Counted from the first letter of the stretch, positions 40,385 through 50,250 are shown. The stretch is DNA of 64,000 bases from an uncultured Acidobacteriota bacterium (GCA_963813155.1 CAWEYG010000002.1:512001-576000); one strand, 5' to 3'. The notes: a model not told the origin generated them from the letters alone. Numbers and translations are program-made.

Positions 40385-41380
40385 TGGAAGCTCGAGCTCA
40401 AGAGGGCTCCAGGCCGGAAGCGCGACCCGCGCGTTCCCGGAAGAGGCGCGTGATCGCGTATCGGTCTCCTGGCGGCGGCGCTCGTCGTCGGCGCGATCTT
40501 CGCGGTCCGGACGGTCCGTTTCTACGGCCACCATGCCGTGACCGACGACGCTCAAATCGAGGCCCACATCGACCCCGTCATCCCCCGGATCCCGGGATAC
40601 GTCACCGAAGTCGGCGTTCGCGACAACGAAACGGTCAAAGCCGGGCAGGTCATCGTCCGCATCGACCCGCGCGACCTGCAGTCGAAGGTGGACACGGCGC
40701 AGGGAGCCGTCGAGAACGCCCGCGCGCAGGTCTCGGTCGCGCGCGCCAACGTCTCCGCCGCGCGGGCGGCCTCGAACAAGGCAGACGAGGATCTCGCGCG
40801 CTACCGCCCGCTGCGACAGAAGGAAGAAATTTCCCAGCAGCAGTTCGACGCGGCCCGCGCGGCCGCCGACGCCGCGAAATCGCAGCTCGAGGCGGCGGCG
40901 CAGCAGGTCCAGGCGGCCTCCGGACAGGTCGCCCAGAAACAGGCCGACCTCGACTGGGCGCGCCTCCAGCTTTCCTACGCGACGGTGGCCGCTCCCGCGT
41001 CCGGAGTCGTCTCGAAGAAAGACGTGGAGGTCGGCCAGCTCGTCGCCGCCGGCCAGCCGCTCATGGCGATCGTCGAAGGCTCGGAGGTGTGGGTCGTCGC
41101 GAACTTCAAGGAAACTCAGCTTCGAAAGATGCGCGTCGGCCAGACGGCGGAATTCACGGTGGACGCGTACCCGAAAAAGGTCTTCCGCGGCCGCGTCGAC
41201 TCGTTTTCTGCCGCGACGGGCGCGAAATTCTCCCTCCTGCCGCCCGACAACGCGACGGGAAACTTCACGAAGGTCGTCCAGCGAGTCCCCGTCAAGATCG
41301 TCCCGACCGAGGCTCCCGATGCCCGGTATCCCCTTCGCGCCGGAATGAGCGTCAACGCGACCGTCGACTTCGACAGATGA
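40381..41380 (+). CDS. HlyD/EmrA-family membrane fusion protein (frameshift near 40460)
   Basis: TDDAQI, ANFKETQL, ATGAKFSLLPPDNATGNFTKVVQRVPV. Confidence 0.92.
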
Positions 41381-41562
41381 CCGCGCCGAATCTCTTCGCG
41401 GAGGCAATCGTTTTCGGCCCGGCCAACGTATACACGTCGAAGATGAGCTCCAGCCGGAAGCCCGACCGCCTCGCGTTGCTCTTTGCGCTGCTCGCCGTCG
41501 GCTCCCTCGGCGCGGAAGTCTGGGCGCTCGTCCGAACGCTCGGGCTGCTGCTCGCCCGGTAG
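41377..41562 (+). CDS. Small single-TM protein (61 aa, or 39 aa from ATG 41443)
   Basis: ATGA overlap with the HlyD stop, hydrophobic C-terminal helix, fills the gap to the MFS gene. Confidence 0.4.
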   Translation: MTAPNLFAEAIVFGPANVYTSKMSSSRKPDRLALLFALLAVGSLGAEVWALVRTLGLLLAR

Positions 41563-41568
41563 GGCTCC

Positions 41569-43116
41569 ATGTCGGAAACGGGAGCCCGCAAATGGATCAT
41601 CACGATCACGGTGATCCTCGCCTCGGTGATCGAGCTCATCGACACCTCGATCGTGAACGTCGCGCTCCCGCAGATGATGGGAAATCTCGGCGCGACCCTG
41701 GACGAGGTCGCCTGGGTCGTCACGGCCTACGTCGTCGCGAACGTGATCGTCGTGCCGATGACCGGCTGGCTCTCCTCGCTCTTCGGCCGGCGAAACTATT
41801 TCGCGGGCTCGATCGTCCTGTTCACGATCGCCTCTTTCTTCTGCGGCCATGCGACCGGCATCTGGGAGCTCGTCGTGTTTCGTTTCATCCAGGGAGTCGG
41901 CGGAGGGGCGCTGCTCTCGACGTCGCAATCGATCCTCGTCGAGACCTTCCCGCCCGAGGAACTTGGCCTCGCCAACGGCCTGTTCGGCCTCGGGGTCGTC
42001 GTGGGCCCGACGATCGGCCCGACCCTCGGCGGCTGGATCACGGACAACTATTCGTGGCCGTGGATCTTCTACGTCAACATTCCGATCGGAATCGTCGCGG
42101 CGCTGCTGACCTTCGCGTTCATCCGGGACCCGAAGGAAAAGCGCCACGTCGGCGCCGTCGACTGGTGGGGGATCGCCCTGCTCGTCGCGGGAATCGGCTC
42201 GCTCCAGGTCGTCCTCGAGCGCGGCGAGCGCGAGGATTGGTTTTCCGCGGCTTACATCACGATCCTCGCGATCGTCGCGGTGGCCGGCATCGTCGGTTTC
42301 ATCTGGCGAGAGCTCGCGGCGGAGCATCCGATCGTCGACCTGAGGGTCCTCAAGGACCGTTCTCTCGCCGTCGGGACTCTCTTCACGTTCATTCTCGGCT
42401 TCGGCCTCTATTCGTCCGTTTTCATTTTCCCCGTTTTCGCGCAGAACCTGCTCGGGTTCACGGCGATGCAGACCGGGTTGATCCTGCTGCCCGGGGGCAT
42501 CGCGACGGCGATCATGATGCCGGTCGTCGGCAAGCTGATGCAGAGAGGATTCCCGCCGCAGATCATGAACGCGCTCGGGTTCGTCTCCTTCTTCGGATTC
42601 ACGTTCCTGTTGTCGCATTCGACCCTGGCGTCGGGCACGCACGACTTCTTCTGGCCCCTCATCCTGCGCGGCGTCGGGCTGGGCCTCCTCTTCGTTCCGC
42701 TGACCACGCTCGCTCTCTCGAATCTCCGCGGGAGGGACATTCCGCAGGGCGCGGGTTTCACGAACATGATGCGCCAGCTCGGCGGTTCCTTCGGCGTCGC
42801 TCTCGTCGCAACATTCATCCAGCACCGCTCCGCGACGCACCGCCAGAACCTGCTCGCGCACGTGTCCGTCTACGATTTCGCCCTGCGGCAGCGTCTCGAC
42901 TCGATTTCGAAAGGGTTCCTGGCGAAAGGCTCGAGCGCCTACCAGGCGCAGAAACAGGCGTACGCGGCCATCGAGGGAGCGGTCGCCCGGCAGACGTTCC
43001 TGTTGACCTACATGGACGCGTTTCGCGTCGTCGGGATCTTCTTCCTCCTCTGCATTCCGCTCCTGCTGCTCTTCAAACGGACCCGGCGGGGAGGGCCCGT
43101 CGCTCCGATGCACTGA
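41569..43116 (+). CDS. DHA2/EmrB-family MFS efflux permease
   Basis: DTSIVNVALP, WVVTAY, GPTIGPTLGG, WPWIFYVNIPIG; 14-TM type. Confidence 0.93.
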   Translation: MSETGARKWIITITVILASVIELIDTSIVNVALPQMMGNLGATLDEVAWVVTAYVVANVIVVPMTGWLSSLFGRRNYFAGSIVLFTIASFFCGHATGIWELVVFRFIQGVGGGALLSTSQSILVETFPPEELGLANGLFGLGVVVGPTIGPTLGGWITDNYSWPWIFYVNIPIGIVAALLTFAFIRDPKEKRHVGAVDWWGIALLVAGIGSLQVVLERGEREDWFSAAYITILAIVAVAGIVGFIWRELAAEHPIVDLRVLKDRSLAVGTLFTFILGFGLYSSVFIFPVFAQNLLGFTAMQTGLILLPGGIATAIMMPVVGKLMQRGFPPQIMNALGFVSFFGFTFLLSHSTLASGTHDFFWPLILRGVGLGLLFVPLTTLALSNLRGRDIPQGAGFTNMMRQLGGSFGVALVATFIQHRSATHRQNLLAHVSVYDFALRQRLDSISKGFLAKGSSAYQAQKQAYAAIEGAVARQTFLLTYMDAFRVVGIFFLLCIPLLLLFKRTRRGGPVAPMH

Positions 43117-43135
43117 AGATCCGACGAACGGGGGG

Positions 43136-43807
43136 CTATTTTCGCGCGGGGCGCCTCGCGGCGCGGAGGAGCACCGCGATCTCGTCGGGGCGGGGGTTGA
43201 CGAAATCCAGCCGGATGCGGCCGTCGGCAGTTTCGGAGATCGTCGCGGGAATCGAGCTCGCCGTCAGGTACCACTCGGCGGGGAGCACGACGGCGTTGCG
43301 CGGTCGGCCGAACGACCGGTCGAACACGAGCTCGTCGCCGTCCCGCCGGTAGCTCTTCGGGTCCGTGTAGGTTTCCGAGATCCGGAGCCGCACGGACTGC
43401 CCCTTGCGGACGGCCGGATAGCGGACCAGGACGATCTCCGAATCGGGACCGATCGGCTCGCCGATGTCGACGACCGCCTTCCGGATTTCCTCGCCCCGCA
43501 GCGTCTCGACCTTCAGCTCTTCTCCCGAGTCGAGAACTCGCGCGGAAGGCTTCGAAGCGCGGCTCCCCTTCCGAACGACGTTGACGTACTTGTCTTCGCC
43601 CGGTTTCGTCTCCGTGTAATCGTGGTAGAGGTCGAAGGAGTGCGAATCCGGGTCAAGAAGGAAATAGACGATCGTCCGGTCCTGGTGAGCGCGCTCGTCG
43701 AGCCGTTCGGCCTGAGGGTCCGGACGGCTCTCCGCCGCGAACGCCGCCCCGGCCGCGAAGATCGCCGCACCAAGGGTCACGGCCGCGAGGGTCGGCCGGG
43801 CCCTCAT
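43136..43807 (-). CDS. Secreted hypothetical protein (paralog of 43804-44424)
   Basis: Signal peptide; TYTDPKSY...FDRSFGRPRNAVVLP. Confidence 0.75.
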   Translation of the reverse strand: MRARPTLAAVTLGAAIFAAGAAFAAESRPDPQAERLDERAHQDRTIVYFLLDPDSHSFDLYHDYTETKPGEDKYVNVVRKGSRASKPSARVLDSGEELKVETLRGEEIRKAVVDIGEPIGPDSEIVLVRYPAVRKGQSVRLRISETYTDPKSYRRDGDELVFDRSFGRPRNAVVLPAEWYLTASSIPATISETADGRIRLDFVNPRPDEIAVLLRAARRPARK

Positions 43808-44424
43808 TGCGCGAGCTTCCTCGCCCGGAGGACGACCGACGCCGGGTCGAGAGCCAGGTTCATGAAAGAAATCTTCAGCCGACCGTCCGCCTCTCGGAGG
43901 ACCTGCGCCGCGACGTTGCATTCGATCACCTCGTAGCCGGGCGGAAGGACGATCGAATTTCGGCGAATTCCGAGCGACCGCGAAAACACGATCGTGTCGC
44001 CGGCGACGGTATAGCTCTTCGGGTCCTTGTACGTCTTGTCGATCAACAGGCGCACGCCGCCGTCTTTCGGGACGGGGCGCGGCAGCTTCACGCGGATGTA
44101 GGACACGTCGTTCTCCGCGTCGGAGAGCCCCCCGCGCCGAGCTTCCTCGCCGGACACCACGTCAAAGGAGAGCGGCAGTCCCGAGGCGACGTCCACGACC
44201 GACTCGCCGCTCGCCTCGCTTCCCTTTCGAATCGGGTTGAAGAAATAAGCGGCGCCCGGCGAAGTTGCGGTGACCTCGTACAGGATGTGGAACTGCGACG
44301 TGCCGGGGGCGAGCAACTCGTAGCGCGTGTACTCGTCGGACTCCGACGGAGCGGCAGCCGCGGCGACGAGGACGCGGACCGAAAGGAGCGCGAGTCCGAG
44401 GAAGGCGAAACGGAGCGTCTTCAC
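43804..44424 (-). CDS. Secreted hypothetical protein
   Basis: Signal peptide; TYKDPKSY...FSRSLGIRRNSIVLP. Confidence 0.75.
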   Translation of the reverse strand: MKTLRFAFLGLALLSVRVLVAAAAAPSESDEYTRYELLAPGTSQFHILYEVTATSPGAAYFFNPIRKGSEASGESVVDVASGLPLSFDVVSGEEARRGGLSDAENDVSYIRVKLPRPVPKDGGVRLLIDKTYKDPKSYTVAGDTIVFSRSLGIRRNSIVLPPGYEVIECNVAAQVLREADGRLKISFMNLALDPASVVLRARKLAQ

Positions 44425-44449
44425 TTCCGAAAGCGTAACACGGAGGCGC

Positions 44450-44478
44450 TTGGCATTCTCGACGCGCGCGGATAGAGT
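44450..44478 (+). promoter_or_regulatory. sigma70-type promoter of osmC
   Basis: TTGGCA-N17-TAGAGT, followed by SD GAGG. Confidence 0.55.
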
Positions 44479-44495
44479 GGGAACGAGGTGAGGAA

Positions 44496-44921
44496 ATGAA
44501 ACGAAAAGCTTCGGCTGTGTGGAACGGCGGGCTCAAAGACGGAAAAGGGGCGATCTCGACGGACAGCGGCGTCCTCTCGAAAACGCAGTATTCCTTCGGC
44601 ACCCGTTTCGAGAACGGAGCGGGGACGAACCCGGAGGAGCTCATCGCGGCCGCGCACGCGGGCTGTTTCTCGATGGCGCTCTCGGGCCAGCTCGGAGCCG
44701 CGGGGTTGACCGCGGAGGCGATCCACACGACCGCGACGGCGACGTTCGAAAAGCTCGAGGCGGGCTGGACGATCACGGAGATGCACCTCGACGTGACCGC
44801 GAAGGTCCCGGGCGCCGACCAGGCGAAATTCGACACGGCCGCGAACAACGCGAAGACCGGCTGCCCGATCTCGCGCGTCCTCAACGCGAAGATCACGATG
44901 GACGCGAAGCTCGAGGCGTAA
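44496..44921 (+). CDS. osmC: OsmC peroxiredoxin
   Basis: GTNPEELIAAAHAGCFSMAL, CPIS. Confidence 0.95.
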   Translation: MKRKASAVWNGGLKDGKGAISTDSGVLSKTQYSFGTRFENGAGTNPEELIAAAHAGCFSMALSGQLGAAGLTAEAIHTTATATFEKLEAGWTITEMHLDVTAKVPGADQAKFDTAANNAKTGCPISRVLNAKITMDAKLEA

Positions 44922-44975
44922 GAAGCTCACTCGCCGACCTGACAGGACCCGCGCGGCTCGCGTCGGCTCGAGTTT

Positions 44976-46778
44976 CTACTTCTGCGTCGCGATCACGGCC
45001 GAGAGCTCTTCGACCGAGCGCAGCATCCCGCCGCGCACGACCGATTTGAGCTTCCTCAGGTTCGCGATGTCTTTCGTCGGGTCTGCCGCAACGACGAGGA
45101 GGTCCGCGATCTTCCCCTTCTCGATCGTCCCGATCTCCTTCTCGCGCCGCATCGCGAGGCTTCCGCCGCGCGTCGAGGCGACGAGGACTTCCATCGGCGT
45201 CATTCCCGCCTTCTGCATCGCTTCCATTTCCGCATAGACGGAAACTCCGTGCAGCGTCAGGGGGTTGCCGGCGTCGGTGCCCATGGCGATTGGAATTCCC
45301 GCATTCTTCACCGCCAACAGGTTTCCCCCCATGAACGTCCCCATCCTCGCGACGCGATCGCGCATCCGGCCGATCCGTGCGGCGTCGACGCCCGACGAGA
45401 GCCCGGCCGTCTCGGCGACGCGGGCCCGGGTCGCCGGATCGACGCAACGGTTCGGATCGTCGATCTCCGGCTCGCGCTTCGCGTCGGCGGCCTCGTACAT
45501 CTTCAAGTAGCCGGAGACGACCGTCAGAGTGGGGCAATAGATCGTGCCGTTTTTCTTCGCGAGGTCGAGGAATTCCGCGTCGACCGGCGCGTCGTCGACG
45601 CTGTGAACGAGCATCTTCGCTCCGGAGCGCAGCGCCGCCTTCGCCTCCGCGAGGCCCGTCGCGTGGACGATCAGCGGCAGGTGGGCCTTCGCCGCTTCTT
45701 CCCCCGCCGCCCGAACGGCGGGCTCGGACGCCTCCACGGGAAGGTCCTTGTTGACGATGTACCAGACCTTGACGGCCTGCGCGCCGCGCGAGACGAGGTA
45801 CGAGACTTCCGATTTCGCAGACTCCGCGTCCTTCAGCAACATGAACTGCCGCTCGGCCGGGAGATTCAGCCAGTGGTCAAGCGTCGACAGCAGGGGGCCG
45901 GCGGCCGACACGTGCGGCGCGCGCGGATCGTCCTCCGCGAGCTTCGGCAGGCCCAGCGTCCAGGCGTACCCGCCGACGTCGAAGACTCCTGTCACGCCGG
46001 AACAAAGGTCGGTTCGAAAAAACCTCTCGGGATGGGAGCGCAGGTCCGCCTCCACCTCCTCGTACGGATGGCTCTTCCGCACGTCGAGCGCGTCCGGGCG
46101 CCCATCGGCCCAGCCGGTCTGCGAGAAATGCACGTGCGCGTCGATCACGCCCGGCGTGACCCACATCCCGCGGACGTCGTCCACGAGGATCCCCTCGGGG
46201 AGCGGGCACGCGCGCCGGCTGCCCGCGCAGTCGACCTTTCCCCCGCGAACAATGACAACGGCGTCGGGGACCGGCGCGGCTCCCGTTCCATCGACGAGCG
46301 TCGCGCCCACGAGCGCGCGGGGAGGCGGCGGCGTGCCGGCGGGAGCGTCGAACGCCGTCGTGACCGCGATCTTCCAGCCCTCGGGCGTCTGGCGGAAGAC
46401 CCTTTCCGAGATGCCCGCGTGCTCTTCCGCGCCGTAGCGGACGCGGTAGCGATAGGTACCGTAGACGACTCCCGGCGAGATCGGGACGAGCTGGAGGTCT
46501 TCCGCATCGAACGTGTCCGGCCACGCCTCGCCCGCGCTCTTCTCGATGGATTCGTATCCGAGAGAAGGACCTTCCCAGCCGGTCAGGGCGAGGCCCGGGG
46601 AGCGGAGATAGCAGGCGAGGTAGGCCGTCTTGTCGCGACTCCGGATCGCGCGAAGGTTCTTTTCGAACAGCTCGCGCGCGGCGCGGCGGTCCGCCGAGGG
46701 GTCCGGCGGAGACGCGAAGGCCGCCGAGGCGGCGAGCAGAGCCAGGGAAAGGAACGCGACGGCCTTCTTCATCTTCAT
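44976..46778 (-). CDS. Secreted amidohydrolase with an N-terminal SnoaL/NTF2-like domain
   Basis: PGVIDAHVH, VHA, LVHS, GTDAGN, GKIADL. Confidence 0.87.
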   Translation of the reverse strand: MKMKKAVAFLSLALLAASAAFASPPDPSADRRAARELFEKNLRAIRSRDKTAYLACYLRSPGLALTGWEGPSLGYESIEKSAGEAWPDTFDAEDLQLVPISPGVVYGTYRYRVRYGAEEHAGISERVFRQTPEGWKIAVTTAFDAPAGTPPPPRALVGATLVDGTGAAPVPDAVVIVRGGKVDCAGSRRACPLPEGILVDDVRGMWVTPGVIDAHVHFSQTGWADGRPDALDVRKSHPYEEVEADLRSHPERFFRTDLCSGVTGVFDVGGYAWTLGLPKLAEDDPRAPHVSAAGPLLSTLDHWLNLPAERQFMLLKDAESAKSEVSYLVSRGAQAVKVWYIVNKDLPVEASEPAVRAAGEEAAKAHLPLIVHATGLAEAKAALRSGAKMLVHSVDDAPVDAEFLDLAKKNGTIYCPTLTVVSGYLKMYEAADAKREPEIDDPNRCVDPATRARVAETAGLSSGVDAARIGRMRDRVARMGTFMGGNLLAVKNAGIPIAMGTDAGNPLTLHGVSVYAEMEAMQKAGMTPMEVLVASTRGGSLAMRREKEIGTIEKGKIADLLVVAADPTKDIANLRKLKSVVRGGMLRSVEELSAVIATQK

Positions 46779-46782
46779 CCTT

Positions 46783-47478
46783 TCAGCTGATGAGCTTCGC
46801 GATGCCGAAAGCCGCGGCCGCGGCGAGACCCCCGACGACGGCGGTCTGCCAGGCGCTTCGAAACGGCTTGCGAACGGTGAATCGTCCCTTCACGTATCCG
46901 AAGACGAGAAGAGCGGCGAGCGTGACCGCGATCGAGCCGATCAGAGCCTCCCGGGTCTCGCGAAAAAAGAAGTAGGGCGCGAGCGGAACGAGGCCGCCCG
47001 CGATGTACGAGAGCGCGATCGTCAGCGCGCTCGTCCGCGCCCGCTTCGGGTCCGGCTTCTCGAGGCCGAGCTCGAATCGCATCATGAAATCGATCCAGCG
47101 CCCGCGATCCGCCCGGATCGCGTGAGCGGCGCGCGAAGCTTCTTCTTTCGGCAGCCCGTAGGAGTGAAAGATCTCCGCGACCTCGCGGGTCTCCTCTTCC
47201 GGAATCTCGATCGTTTCCCGCCGCTCGCGCGCGTGTTCCGACGCATAGTGCTCCGCGTCGGTTCGCGCCGCGAGGTACCCGCCGAGTCCCATCGCGATCG
47301 AGCCCGCGGCGATCTCGGCCAGTCCCGCCGTGATCACGACGCGCGTCGATCCGACCGCGCCCGACAGGCCGGCCGCGAGAGCGAACGGCACCGTGAGCCC
47401 GTCGGACATTCCGATCACGACGTCCCGGATGGTCTCCGACGACGTGAAGTGTTTTTCCACGTGGGGAGTCTGAGGCAT
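46783..47478 (-). CDS. VIT1/CCC1 family iron/manganese transporter
   Basis: RDVVIGMSDGLTVPFALAAG, MGLGGYLA, MMRFELG. Confidence 0.92.
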   Translation of the reverse strand: MPQTPHVEKHFTSSETIRDVVIGMSDGLTVPFALAAGLSGAVGSTRVVITAGLAEIAAGSIAMGLGGYLAARTDAEHYASEHARERRETIEIPEEETREVAEIFHSYGLPKEEASRAAHAIRADRGRWIDFMMRFELGLEKPDPKRARTSALTIALSYIAGGLVPLAPYFFFRETREALIGSIAVTLAALLVFGYVKGRFTVRKPFRSAWQTAVVGGLAAAAAFGIAKLIS

Positions 47479-47596
47479 GAGTGCTCCTCGGCTTCGGGTG
47501 ACTCTATCGCAGGCCGGCGGCGGGGAGCGGCGCGGTCGGCTGAATTCCGGTTTTTCCGGTGCCCCGCCCCCCTATAATCGCCGAGGGGGGAAGCCC

Positions 47597-48787
47597 ATGA
47601 AAGCTCTCACGGCGTTTTTCGCCGCCGCGCTCGGCGCCGGCGCGCTGCTGGCCCAGACCGTCGACCAGAACAAGTTCAAGCCTCTCCACGACGCGGGAAA
47701 GGCGTTCGAGAAGGGCCTCGACGATCCGAGCGCCTCGGTCGAAGAGGTTCGCGATCTCCGGCAGAAGCTCGATCGCGAAGCCGCGGTTTCCGCGGGAGCC
47801 GCCGCGACGGCCGAGGAGAAAAGGGTCGTCGAGATCTATTCCGCCTCCGCTCGGGGCTACCAGGATGCCCGGGACCGCTTCGATCGGGACAAATCGCGCG
47901 CGAAGTATTTCGCCGATCTTCACCGAATCCAGTCGGAGCTGAAAGAGGCCGACGAGCTCTACAACGGCACGGCGAAGTTGGCGCCCCCTCCTCCTCCAAA
48001 AGCGGCTCCCCCGGCCGTCGTTTCCGAGCCGAGCGTGGCTCCCGCGCCGCCAGCTCCGGCAAGAGTCCCGCCGGCGCCTCCGGTCCAGGCCCCGCCCCCG
48101 CCCGCGCCCGTCATTCCGCCGGCTCCTCCGGTCAAAACACCGCCGCCTCCTGCCTCGGTCGTTCCGCCTACGCCCCCGGTCGTCGTCCCTCCGCCTCCTG
48201 CGCCCGTGGCGCCCCCGGCGCCCCCGGTCGTCGTCCCTCCGCCCCCTGCGCCCGTGGCGCCCCCGGCTCCTCCCATCGTCGTCCCTCCGCCTCCCGCGCC
48301 GGTCACACCGCCTTCGGCGGCCGAGTCGATGCCGGCCGCGGTGGCGGCGCCGCCCCCCGTCGCGGAAAAGACCGCTCCACCGACACCCGAGCCCCCCGCA
48401 ACGCCTCCGCCCGCTCCCGCGACTCCACCGGTTGCTCCGCCCCCCGCTCCTCCGCCGGCCGCGCTCCCCCGGGAGGCGCCCCCTGCGCCCTCGGCCGAAC
48501 CCGCGCCGCCCCGCGCGGACGTCGCCCTGAACAGTTTCCGGAAGGCCGCAAACCGCGTGAAGATCGACAAGGACTCGTCGGCGGTGTCCGGATGCTCCCG
48601 CGTCGCGGAGTTCACGGTCGCGGATTCGGGAAGCGGCGTCTACGAGATCGCCGGCCACAACTTCTATTACGGCAACACCCAGGAGTTGATCCGGCTGAAG
48701 ACCGCCGAAGCCGGGGGGGACCGGTTCGTCATGAAAGCAAAGTCGAAGACCGAGATCTCGGGCGAGGCGTACCGCTGCGGCAAGTAG
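47597..48787 (+). CDS. Secreted proline-rich protein with a C-terminal DUF4156-like domain
   Basis: TATAAT and SD upstream, signal peptide, about 175-aa Pro-rich linker, C...AGGD...GEAYRC. Confidence 0.75.
   Translation: MKALTAFFAAALGAGALLAQTVDQNKFKPLHDAGKAFEKGLDDPSASVEEVRDLRQKLDREAAVSAGAAATAEEKRVVEIYSASARGYQDARDRFDRDKSRAKYFADLHRIQSELKEADELYNGTAKLAPPPPPKAAPPAVVSEPSVAPAPPAPARVPPAPPVQAPPPPAPVIPPAPPVKTPPPPASVVPPTPPVVVPPPPAPVAPPAPPVVVPPPPAPVAPPAPPIVVPPPPAPVTPPSAAESMPAAVAAPPPVAEKTAPPTPEPPATPPPAPATPPVAPPPAPPPAALPREAPPAPSAEPAPPRADVALNSFRKAANRVKIDKDSSAVSGCSRVAEFTVADSGSGVYEIAGHNFYYGNTQELIRLKTAEAGGDRFVMKAKSKTEISGEAYRCGK
48031..48315 (+). repeat. Intragenic 48-bp tandem repeat (16-aa unit VVVPPPPAPVAPPAPP, about 6 degenerate copies)
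   Basis: Near-identical copies of gtcgtcgtccctccgcc(t/c)cctgcgcccgtggcgcccccggc at about 48178-48275, with degenerate flanking copies. Confidence 0.8.
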
Positions 48788-48804
48788 GCGGGACCGCGAT
48801 TTCT

Positions 48805-48830
48805 GGAAACTTTTTCCGGCGGCTCTCGTC
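48805..48830 (+). promoter_or_regulatory. Putative ECF-sigma promoter
   Basis: GGAAAC-N16-CGTC upstream of the DUF4097 gene. Confidence 0.45.
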
Positions 48831-48860
48831 TCTTGGAAGGAAGAGAGACGGGAGGGATCC

Positions 48861-49802
48861 ATGCGCCTCGAAACCACACTTCTCCTGGCCGCGCTTTCCG
48901 CGGGCCTCGCCGGCGGCCTTCGGGCCGATTCGCGAGTCGAAAAGACCCTGAAGCTCGCTCCGGGAGGGCGGTTCGTGCTCGACACCGACGATGGAGGCGT
49001 CGTCGTGACCGGCAAGGCCGGCGACACCGCGCACGTCGTGTTCACGTCTCCGAGAAGCGATCTCGAGGATCACCTCGCGATCCGATTCGAAGCCGGCGCG
49101 AGCTCGGTGAGCGTCACCGCGAAGAACCGGCGCCACGGCTGGCTGGAGCACTGGAACGGCCGCGTGCGCGTCGAGGTGGAGGTTCCGTTTCAGACCGCCG
49201 TCGAAATCCACACGGCAGGCGGATCGATCGACGTGAAAGGGCTTCGGGCCTCGGCACGGCTTCGGACCTCGGGCGGCGGGGTCGCGGCGGCGGACCTGGC
49301 TGGAGACCTCGACGCGGACACCTCCGGCGGATCGATCGATCTTCGCGACCTCCGCGGATCGAGCCGCGTGCGGACCTCCGGAGGTGGAATCGAAGCGGTC
49401 CACATCGACGGGCCGCTCGATGCCGGATCGAGCGGCGGGTCCGTCGAGATCCAGCAGATCAGCGGCGACCTCCGAGCCCATAGCTCCGGGGGGCCGATCC
49501 GGATCACCGAGGCGGGGGGCAGGATCGATGCGGACACGTCCGGCGGCGGCATTCATGCCTCCTTCGCCCGCGGAAACTCGAAGGGCGGACACCTGGAAAG
49601 CTCGGGCGGAGGCATCACGGTTTCGGTGGATCCCGCGGCGAGCCTGTCGATCGACGCGGAGGGAGACAGCGTGGACACGGATCTTCCGCTCCAGATTCGC
49701 GGGTCCGTCTCCCACGGGTCGCTGCACGGCCAACTCAACGGCGGTGGTTCGCCGCTGCGCCTCGAGACTTCCGGAGGATCCGTCAGAATCCGGGCGCTCT
49801 AG
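48861..49802 (+). CDS. DUF4097 beta-strand repeat protein
   Basis: Signal peptide; repeated TSGGSI/TSGGGI units. Confidence 0.87.
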   Translation: MRLETTLLLAALSAGLAGGLRADSRVEKTLKLAPGGRFVLDTDDGGVVVTGKAGDTAHVVFTSPRSDLEDHLAIRFEAGASSVSVTAKNRRHGWLEHWNGRVRVEVEVPFQTAVEIHTAGGSIDVKGLRASARLRTSGGGVAAADLAGDLDADTSGGSIDLRDLRGSSRVRTSGGGIEAVHIDGPLDAGSSGGSVEIQQISGDLRAHSSGGPIRITEAGGRIDADTSGGGIHASFARGNSKGGHLESSGGGITVSVDPAASLSIDAEGDSVDTDLPLQIRGSVSHGSLHGQLNGGGSPLRLETSGGSVRIRAL

Positions 49803-49854
49803 GGCCCCGGAGAATCCGGCCCGCGGCGGCACGAGATATGCACCTGGCAGGGGC

Positions 49855-50214
49855 ATGGGGCGAAGAACGCTGCTCCTCGCCGTGTTCGCGAGCGGACTTC
49901 TGACGGCGGCTTCCGGACAGGTCAAACCGCCCGATGCGCCGCCGTTCAAGCCGCCCCCGGACATCAACCATCCGAAATCGCCCGACGAGCCGCCGGGAGC
50001 TCCGGAGAAAACCACCGGAACGGTCCAGAGCTACGAGAAGGCCAAATCCCTCGTGCTGACGACTCCGGACGGTTCCCGGTCCTTCGACCTCGCGCACGCC
50101 GAGGTTTCGGGCGACACCGACTTCGAAGTCGGGGATCAGGTGACCGTCATCAAGATCGTTCGCTCGAACGGACAGGTCGTTCTCGCGATCGCAAAGGAAG
50201 CTCCGCGCGAATAG
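49855..50214 (+). CDS. Secreted hypothetical protein (OB-fold-like)
   Basis: Signal peptide, Pro-rich linker, TGTV...VGDQVTV; preceded by CGGCACGagatATGCA (49827-42). Confidence 0.6.
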   Translation: MGRRTLLLAVFASGLLTAASGQVKPPDAPPFKPPPDINHPKSPDEPPGAPEKTTGTVQSYEKAKSLVLTTPDGSRSFDLAHAEVSGDTDFEVGDQVTVIKIVRSNGQVVLAIAKEAPRE

Positions 50215-50250
50215 AACGAATTTCCGCTCGTCCGTTGTAATGTCGCGCTC

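Noticed and set aside
48031-48315. CRISPR array
   Set aside because: The repeats are contiguous, in frame and encode proline-rich peptide, with no unique spacers and no cas genes.
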